DNA from: an uncultured Acidobacteriaceae bacterium
GTDB lineage: Bacteria > Acidobacteriota > Terriglobia > Terriglobales > Acidobacteriaceae
DNA: 64,000 nt
Reading direction: 5' to 3'
NCBI GenBank assembly: GCA_963778445.1
Contig: CAVZUG010000001.1
Coordinates: 812,076 to 876,075 of the forward strand
Positions 62,608-64,000 of the stretch are shown here, piece after piece. A program made the position numbers and the translations under genes. How positions within the stretch are numbered: the first letter of the stretch is position 1; each line of letters begins with the position of its first letter. The notes beneath the pieces were generated by a model. It saw nothing but the letters and a program-made list of their open reading frames with translations. It was not told the DNA's origin and did not search any database.

Positions 62608-62847
62608 ATGGTGAATAACCAAAAGGTGTTTGTGATTGCCTGGCTTGGGACAGCGGCTCTACTCTTCGCTGCGGGCTCAGCTGACTACGGAGGATCACGT
62701 CTGGAGACTGCTGTGGAGGCGCTTACCGTTGCTTCTGCTGCGGGGACAGTTGTCACAACATTTTTGCGTTTCGCTCGTTCTGGAGAGCCGCTTCAGCAGA
62801 CAGTGGGTTTGCTGTTTTTGGGCTTGCTTCCTCGCCGTTTCTTGTAG
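62608..62847 (+). CDS. Small hypothetical membrane protein
   Basis: Hydrophobic 79-aa ORF preceded by TTGCAG-17-CATAAT-7 nt-ATG. Confidence 0.45.
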   Translation: MVNNQKVFVIAWLGTAALLFAAGSADYGGSRLETAVEALTVASAAGTVVTTFLRFARSGEPLQQTVGLLFLGLLPRRFL

Positions 62848-63091
62848 GAGCGCTGCTGGCCCTCAACGGAACTGAGCCGAATTTTCACTACACCTCGATG
62901 GGTGGACTACTCTTCTACGGTCTCCTCGCAGAGATCACGGCTGCAACGCTACTAGTTTCACGCGTCTTCGCACGGTGATGCGTAACCAGCAACCTGGCCA
63001 GCCAATCCAGGGGTCCCAGAAACGGCGTTTTCGGAATAGATGAGATATCGCCACGATTTGAGGCGAGTCTGTGCGGTGTGAGCCTCTGGTG

Positions 63092-63592
63092 TCATCCCTT
63101 GTGTTCGGTTGCGTGTTTGCGGGCTTTGGCGGCGGCGGGCGAGTTGGGGACGAACTGTTTTCCGGTCTTGGAGGCGACGACCTTTTTGCGGTCTGTCGCT
63201 TTGCGCTCCTCCGGTGAGAGCTCCTTCCAGGCGGCGTCGGGGAGGTAGCGGTGGGTTTCGCCGCCCTGGACTGCGGGTTTGCCGTCGGCGGTGTGCCAGT
63301 GCTCGTCGCCCCATTGCTTCAGGGATTCCTGTGCGGCGTTGCGAGGGTGCTTGTAGCCGCCGCCTTCAGCCTCGTACTCGTGGGCGACGAGTTGGGCTTT
63401 GCGAGCGCTCCACTGGCCGGCGCGGCCGCCCTTGTCGCCTGCCATCACCTCTGCCTTGATCTTGTCGCGCAGCTCTGGTTTGGTGTAATCACCGGCGCTG
63501 CTGCTGGCCGACTTCTTGCCTGCTGCCTTTGTCGCGGTCTTCTTCGGAGGGGATTTCTTTGCTGCGGTTGCCGCGGCCTTTGTTGTGCTCAT
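63092..63592 (-). CDS. Conserved hypothetical protein with Lys/Ala-rich N-terminus (DUF5872-like, from recall)
   Basis: YTKPELRDKIK..GGRAGQWSARKAQL..YEAEGGGY..LKQWGDEHW..RYLPDAAW; GAGGTG RBS. Confidence 0.7.
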   Translation of the reverse strand: MSTTKAAATAAKKSPPKKTATKAAGKKSASSSAGDYTKPELRDKIKAEVMAGDKGGRAGQWSARKAQLVAHEYEAEGGGYKHPRNAAQESLKQWGDEHWHTADGKPAVQGGETHRYLPDAAWKELSPEERKATDRKKVVASKTGKQFVPNSPAAAKARKHATEHKG

Positions 63593-63642
63593 GCGTCGTC
63601 ACCTCACCTGCTATAGAGAGATGCCTGCTGCGGCCCGAGGAC

Positions 63643-63684
63643 AAAAGGAAGGGTTCCGGGAGCTGAACTCCGGGAACCCTCTCC
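63643..63684 (-). terminator. Intrinsic terminator for the last gene
   Basis: GGGTTCCGGGAG-CTGAA-CTCCGGGAACCC hairpin followed by TTCCTTTT on the minus strand. Confidence 0.65.
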
Positions 63685-63707
63685 GTAACGCGGGTGGATC
63701 GTTGCTC

Positions 63708-64000
63708 CTAATAGGCGCGGTAGACGCCGCGGTAGGCGATGGGCGGGTAGGCGTATCCGTAGGGTGGGGGTGGGTAGCCATAGGGGCCGGGAGGATAGTT
63801 GTAGACCACCTGGGGCCGGGGCTGCTGCATGACGACAGGGGCCGCAGTCTGCTGGATGATGGTGGGGGACGGGGCCTGGACGACGACGACGGTGGGGCTC
63901 GGCTGGGCGTAGGCCTGCTGGATGGGTGCGGGTTGTGCGTAGGCCTGCTGCACGGGTGCGGGTTGCTGCTGTTGAGCGTAGGCGCGCTGGATGGGTGCGG
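63708..64000 (-). CDS. C-terminal end of a Pro/Gln/Tyr-rich protein (5' part outside the window)
   Basis: Repeats of PAP(I/V)QQAYAQ and a YPPPPYGY tail; stop at 63708. Confidence 0.65.
   Translation of the reverse strand, partial: APIQRAYAQQQQPAPVQQAYAQPAPIQQAYAQPSPTVVVVQAPSPTIIQQTAAPVVMQQPRPQVVYNYPPGPYGYPPPPYGYAYPPIAYRGVYRAY

Noticed and set aside
63907-64000. 30-bp tandem DNA repeats at the window end
   Set aside because: Explained by the coding repeat PAP(I/V)QQAYAQ of a low-complexity protein.

Overview
High-GC bacterial chromosome segment. Gene content and style point to Acidobacteriota (Acidobacteriaceae-like); this is an inference. It carries housekeeping genes (alaS, PBP1A, S41 protease, tRNA-Met, kdsB, PGM/PMM, manC, aspartate aminotransferase, coaD, hemH, hemE, purS, ppa, tRNA-Ser, folD, coaE, HtrA, M50 protease) and a hexaheme cytochrome with a cytochrome P460-like N-terminus. 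An accessory block follows tRNA-Ser: a multicopper oxidase + PQQ/diheme dehydrogenase pair, a LacI-controlled beta-glucan locus (GH3, GH30, TonB receptor, TPR, CRTAC1/ASPIC-UnbV, GH55), and a second sugar locus (GH127-like, GH106-like, TonB receptor, sugar isomerase, IclR-HTH/sugar-binding regulator). Many genes, including essential ones, are broken by single-base indels, most likely long-read errors. The most striking unexplained signal is a dispersed ~160-220 bp non-coding element present four times. Each copy has a promoter-like end, one or three copies of a 28-bp dyad motif, and a G-tract/GGTACC end. Each copy sits inside a multi-kb domain of strong, gene-direction-independent GC skew, and its orientation matches the skew polarity in all four cases.
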